A stretch of DNA of 64,000 nucleotides, taken from positions 744,001-808,000 of the forward strand of contig CBFDEM010000058.1 in NCBI GenBank assembly GCA_965603825.1, written 5' to 3'. Source of the stretch: Blepharisma stoltei ATCC 30299 (taxonomy: Eukaryota; Protista; Ciliophora). The notes beneath the pieces are model-generated. The model saw nothing but the letters and a program-made list of their open reading frames with translations. It was not told where the DNA came from and made no database searches. How positions within the stretch are numbered: position 1 is the first letter of the stretch; every line of letters starts with the position of its first letter. The translations under genes were made by a program, and so were the position numbers. Shown here piece by piece: positions 58,473-64,000 of this stretch.

Positions 58473-59687
58473 GTATTATTTCTAATAAAAATACAACAGA
58501 ATTGAGCATTTGTTTTTATTTAGATGATTTAAGTTTGAATTAGTAATGGAGAAACAAATAATAGTTGAAAAATTATAATGATAAGTAAAACTATCAAAAT
58601 GGTATCAGAAATAAAAACAAACTTGCAGATAGGAACTGAAGTTAAAATACAATAATAAATTAGCTAAAAGGAGATCGCTGTGAATTAGCTCAAGCTATAA
58701 TAAGTATAACTTGATTTAATTAGTTTGCTTTATGGTGTTCTTCAGTTAAAAAATTCAATAAACAAAGTTAGTATTAGTATATAAATTAAAATTTATTAAA
58801 GATATATAGATTCTTAAAGATACGCTTTAATCGAGCAATTTTAAATAATTTTACCATAACCCTTAATAAAGTTAAATGGCAGCTATGCTCATCCCTAAGC
58901 CTTTTAGCATAGCTGTATTTTAAATTGATTATTCATGCTTATATAAAATTATATAGCTTATATAAAATATGGTAAATCAAAGAATGCTTATGTGCGAATA
59001 TAGAAGTCATGTAAATAATTAAAAATAAATTAAATTTGAAAATATAGTTAATTAAATTATGAAAACCAGAAATTTTATCTTAAAAAAAATTAGCTATTTT
59101 TATACTAAAACGGATTAAAACACATAATTATATTACCTTAAGGTCATTTCCCAGTTTTTTTAGACCAAAACTTTTTCCTTCCTGGTTTGAAAATAAATGA
59201 TTTTCAAATTTAATCATTTGAAAAATATTTTTTCGTTTATTACTTATGCTAATTATTTATAATAGACCGACCGAGCAATTAAAAGTTTTTTTTCCTTTAC
59301 GTTTAAGCGCTTCGCACTATTCGAAAAATTTATTTTGTTGGGTTGTTTATTACAACAAACAAGATTTTAAATTCTTTCTCGTTCTTGGCCAAGAGAAAAT
59401 TATAAGTATTTTAATTAGTTAACAACTCTTAAAGCAAAATGGGATACTCCTTGTTCAAATAAAATAAAACTTATTTCAAAACATAGTTCAAAAATTCAAT
59501 CAAGACTATTAAAAATTTCTAGATTAAAAATCGCATAATATAACAGTGACTTCACTATTAAACATAATAAAATGGCGACTGTAACAAATATACAGATAAA
59601 AAAATGGAATTAGCGAATTATCTAGAATTGTAACCCAAATTTTAGCATTATTTAGAATTTATATAAACATCGAAACGATAACATTAT

Positions 59688-60422
59688 TTATTGATTCGCT
59701 TCAATTTTCTGCTTTTTCCTTGGCTTGGCATCTAGACCAACTTTTCTTGCTTTGACCACTAAATTTTCAATGATAAGTGGTTTGATATAAGGAGCTTCCT
59801 TTGGTGCTACTACCAAAAAGAAACTCCCATGCCTATAATGTGAAGTAACCTCTTTAATTACAATTTTCTTATAATTCAGAACACTGTCTGACTCTACATC
59901 CACCGTCCCTCTCATGATTTTGTCCCCATTTGTGGTCGTTTCCATCAGCTTAGGTGGGTTTTCATTTGTGAATAACAGAATTTTAAAATGTACAGGGTTT
60001 GGTAGGGTGGTTTTGTTCCCTTCCTGGTCTGTTATTTGCGCTACTATAGAAAAGGCTTTTTCTTTGAATACTGGGTGAGGAATATCGTTTAGTAGCTCAA
60101 GTGAGTACTGTCAGTCTGGCGCCTCTCCACAGAGTTTTTCAAGTAAAAACTCGCTTGCAATTGGTTCTTCCCTTGGTATTATAACCGAATAATTTTTGTT
60201 GCCAGCTTTTAGGGAATTTATTTCAGATGTTATTCATTGTAATTTTCCCATGTTGGAGTTGCACTGTTCAGAAAGCATTCTGAGCACAGCCAACTGGTCT
60301 TGGTAGCCTTTTAGTAGATATGATAAGGGCGAGTTGTCCACCCCAATCGGGCTACTGCTTGCTGCCTGAAGTTCTTGATTTAACAAATTTAGATACTCAA
60401 AGCATCCGAATAAAGAAGCCAT
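59688..60422 (-). CDS. Hypothetical nuclear protein (244 aa) with predicted beta-rich domain and C-terminal NLS; possible Ig-fold transcription factor
   Basis: TGA at 60234 and 60111 read as Trp join two ORFs. Alternating hydrophobic strands (FSIVAQITD, FKILLFT, KIVIKEVTSH, FFLVVAP, IKPLII..LVVKARK) and KPRKKQK. Confidence 0.7.
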
Positions 60423-61630
60423 TACTTTAGAATTAACTCCATTTAAGAAATCGAAATTCTAGAAAACATGGAAGAATTAAAATAAGTAAAGAAAACGCTC
60501 TCTTAAAATTGGCCAAAAAGCAGCAAATAATGCTTAATCGCATTATTTGTTATGCAGCACTCAACACCGCAATTAATTTTGCTATCGAGGTAAAAGTATT
60601 TCTAAATAATTAGCTTAGAAAAAGAAAAAAAAATCGTTGTTTGTTTTTCTATTCCAAGAACTGGTAGATAAAATAGGCGTGATAAATGCAAAGTATTCCC
60701 TTGATGCTTTAATTTTTATAATTATGCTACTGAATATTAAGGCCTATACAAAAAATATGGAATTTGTTGCCTTTGAGAGATAGAATTAATGTTTTTAGAA
60801 AGCATCAGTAGCAAAGGAAATTTTACCTGTACTAATAATATTAGATATAAGATAGCCGAATTCTAATATAATGAATCACCATTTTGAATATTTATTATTG
60901 ATGGGGAAAAGTAATATTTCATATTTCAGCTTTTCATGAATAAAGCAGATGAGATGCAAGTCAAAAATTCTTTGGAATGATTTATTTAGTTTTTTTTATC
61001 TTAACTATTATAAAGCTACTAAAGATTCGTAATATAAACATATGATAGAAAAAGAAATATTATTGAATTGGTTTTAACTATAGGGTACAAGAAAGATGAT
61101 GCCATACAAAACAATTATATAGCACACTAAGAAAACTTTGCTAATCAAAATCTTTACCATTTTTCAGTATTCTGATCAGTGCTTCGCTCAGAAAAGTAAA
61201 AAAAATGAAATATAAATCTAAAGACTGCATTGAGCATTTTGTAAATGTTTTTTGCAATTAAAATGAAGATCGATTTGCATTTGAGTTTTAAAAAATATAG
61301 CTAGCAAAAAAGGACATAATCAATTGGCTGAAATTCTTAATTAATTTATAATTTTTTAAGTATCAGTTAATTGGATATTATGAAGAAATAAATAAAAATA
61401 AATTTAAGACGATTAATTATATGATTTGAATAATTAGTCACAGTTGCTTTATTCCTGAATTGCTTCATGTCTAAAAAGTATGATATTGTTTAAATAAAAT
61501 GTCATAAATTATAAGTATATTATAGGATTTTTAAAATAATTCTATATTGAAAGCACTGCTCAAAAATAAAAATCTATAATTTTTAAGGTCTAAGCCGATT
61601 TAAAGAGCTTTAGTGATTACTTATATGGCT

Positions 61631-62449
61631 TTAAGTAAATGATACTACAAAGAATAAGCTAAAACCACAATAAATCACTCTATAACTGTTGCAATCCTTT
61701 ACTATATAACTATTGTCATAGAGCCGAATTTTCAAAAAAAATTTAGAAATTAGGATATAAACTACACATATAATTATTCAAGTTAAAGCTTCATCAGTAT
61801 TTAGAGATACATCCACTCCTAGATTCTTCTTTCTCGCAATCTTGTTAAAAACGACCTTTTTGTGCAAAGAAAATCCTTCAGGAGAGTCCGAAATATTTTT
61901 TATATGAGAAGTAACTGAGTAATCATCAGATGATAAACTATAATCTTGACTGTGCTTGTGGCTATGGGAGATTTTCGGGAAAAATACTTTTGATTTTGTT
62001 TCTGAGGATTTGGCAGAGTAATTTTCAGGGAAATTTAATTTTAAATCAGTTGGTACCCTCTCACTTCTAGGCTTTTTAGGCTTCTTTTCTGTGTAATCTG
62101 AATTTCTTGAAGATTCTATAGGGATTTTTGATACAAATTTTGGTAGGAGATCGGGTGATTTTCTTCCTCTATTTAAATTTTCTATGTTATGGCTTTTTCT
62201 AAGAATTGTATAAGTGCTATTGAGGTCGTTTAAATTCGCTTGAAAATTAAAAAGAAACTCTCCCATATTCGCTAGATTCGTTGAGCCTCGAAATTTTGAT
62301 AGCTTTTTATTGCTAAAATGCTCAACATACGGGAATATTGATCGAGGAGAATCTCTGGCTATTTCTTTTAAATTGGATGCTTCTAATTCTGAAATGATCT
62401 TTCTTATATTTAGCTGTGGCCTGATAAAGTAAGTTTTGTTTTGTTCCAT
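61631..62449 (-). CDS. Hypothetical S/K-rich protein; 3' end uncertain (TGA 61778 vs TAA 61631)
   Basis: 223-codon ORF to TGA. Reading TGA as Trp adds about 49 residues encoded by UTR-like sequence. Confidence 0.55.
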
Positions 62450-63063
62450 TATAATTTTTTCAGGACTCAGCTGGTTTCATATTCTTTGTGAGAGGTTCTT
62501 ATTACTCAATCTGGAAAAATCGACGATTAAATGCTGAACAGAAAAATATATTTCACGACAAATCAATGATGTCTTTATTAGATTTTTTTATATGTGATTG
62601 TATAGAAAGCTTATTGCGCTGTTAAAATAGTTTAGATTTTAATCTTTTTGTCAAGCTAGAAAACCTTTATTGAGCTCAATAAATAAATAAATAATCAAAA
62701 AAATAGAAAATTTTTTTAAGAGCCACATTCATTTAATTAGCAAAAAATAAATGAAAAATTTCACGATTTTTACATCTAATTCTCAAAGAAACTGCAAAAG
62801 TGTCCTGACAAGAATTTTAGATGAGTACGACTAAGTATTATATCTACTGAATAAAGGTCCATATAAAAGGCCAAAAGTAATATAGCAAAATAGCTAGATT
62901 TTTAGCTTAATAAACTGAAAATGATTAAATTTATGCTTCCTAGAATGTCAATTGAGCTTAAAGATTTTAATCAAAATATTTATTAGCTCAAAGCAAATGA
63001 GAAACATCTTAAAAATGGGAAAAAAGCTAAACAGTAAATGAACATGCCTTTTATAATTTTAAT

Positions 63064-64000
63064 ATGAACAAAGACACAATTCTCAGCCTAACAAAATCCA
63101 CAAATATTCAAGGTCTGAAACTTTCTGTCTTATCTCACCTTGCAGATCACCCTCATCTAACAGATAATCTTATCGGTGAGCTGCAATTATCTTTATCCCA
63201 TTTCATCAAGCAAGGCTACACAACTAAAAATTTCACCGAAGTCGGGATTATTCTTGACTTAGTCACATGACTATATGAAGAAAAAAAAATTGACCTGCTT
63301 CAATGTTTATCAGTTATCGAAGATACCTTTGAGAAGCTTGACACCTTACATATAGAAGAATTTTTCCCTCATTTAGAAAAATTAGGCGCCAAACAAATCG
63401 TATCATTTACTTTAGACTGAGGAAAAAGCGAAAACAGTGATGCTGAGGATCAACAATAGCCTTTTAAAGCGGCTAAGCAAAAGATGCCAAGCCAAATTCA
63501 GGTTTCGTGTGCAGCTGCTGCTAGCGTCTTCAATTGCATTGATTTCTGAACGGTCTGGCGTTAATTTTAAAGGAAACTTTGCAAGCAGGGCGACAAAAAC
63601 CCAGATTAGCAATGATACAGTGTTTTCTTGAATCCTCAATGTTTTGAGTTTTTCACGTGATCCGATCACCCTTTTTAAGGATTCAGATAAATTTGACAGA
63701 TGTTTAGAGCATATAGAAAACCTCCTGGAGCACTTCAAGACCATTAATATTGAAAAATCAAGCATGGCTTTTTATCTTCCTGAAGCCAGGCTATTTGAAT
63801 TCCAAGTAAAAGACTCAGAGTTCATATGCTTTATCGTCACTTTAATTATGCTGCTAGCTCAAACTTTAACGTCACCTGCAAACCAAGTACAAACTTCTGT
63901 GTTTATCTTAAGCGAATTACAAAAAAACAAGCTGGGATCAATTGTACTGAAATCTAAAGACATTTTAAATGAAATAAACCCACCCATACTAAAAATCATA
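63064..64000 (+). CDS. THOC1: THO complex subunit 1-like (partial, runs off window)
   Basis: With TGA=Trp and intron 63400-63415: MLRINNSLLKRLSK...RVQLLLA...SERSGVNFKGNF and LFEFQVKDSEF, matching the THOC1 patterns LLRxCNxLLRRLS...SERSxVN and LxxLQLxDxxF. Confidence 0.8.
63400..63415 (+). other. 16-nt intron GTATCATTTACTTTAG
   Basis: GT-AG. Removal joins the 63064 frame to the 63437 frame. Confidence 0.85.

Noticed and set aside
58480-61700. IESs, MITEs or ncRNA genes in the long AT-rich spacers
   Set aside because: I could not discern terminal inverted repeats, tRNA boxes or other structure by eye. IES calls need a MAC/MIC comparison and ncRNAs need covariance-model searches.
1-64000. Mycoplasma-like or mitochondrial origin (genetic code 4), or a prokaryotic defence/CRISPR system
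   Set aside because: The genes are nuclear eukaryotic (IFT, kinesin, PHD, THOC1) with spliceosomal introns. I saw no repeat-spacer array or operon structure.

Overview
Gene-dense, AT-rich eukaryotic DNA from a heterotrich ciliate, most likely Blepharisma and probably somatic (macronuclear) sequence. Two signatures support this. First, in-frame TGA codons repeatedly fall at conserved Trp positions (PHD W-x-C, K+ channel pore YW..TVGYGD, MORN YxGxW, WD40), while reconstructed genes close on TAA/TAG, so UGA=Trp. Second, there are nine 15-16 nt GT-AG introns with a fixed A near the 3' end. Re-translating with this code and these introns merges many fragmented ORFs into about 40 genes. They include RanBP9/10-like, a PZP/PHD chromatin protein, a CENP-B/pogo-type HTH protein, TMEM185-RING, a CNBD K+ channel, MOCS1A/MoaA, IFT88, IFT140, ALAS, a PLD6/Zucchini-like nuclease, an ODA docking-like coiled coil, DECR2, a minimal tRNA-splicing endonuclease, mS23-like, WDR62/MAPKBP1-like, PH-FYVE, a pseudokinase, MORN, KIF6, nucleolin, CNNM, NEK, RING-less NOT4 and THOC1. 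The most interesting observations are: (a) a Zucchini-type HKD nuclease fused to AT-hook-like motifs and acidic tracts, with no mitochondrial anchor; (b) a decayed chimeric gene joining the IFT140 promoter/5' end to the 3' end of a gene 17 kb away, one of several intergenic mosaics of local gene fragments; (c) extreme packing, with divergent ATGs 4 bp apart and abutting stop codons; (d) a DDE-less CENP-B-like gene; (e) strongly gene-dependent UGA-Trp usage. All family assignments come from motif recognition by eye, not database searches.
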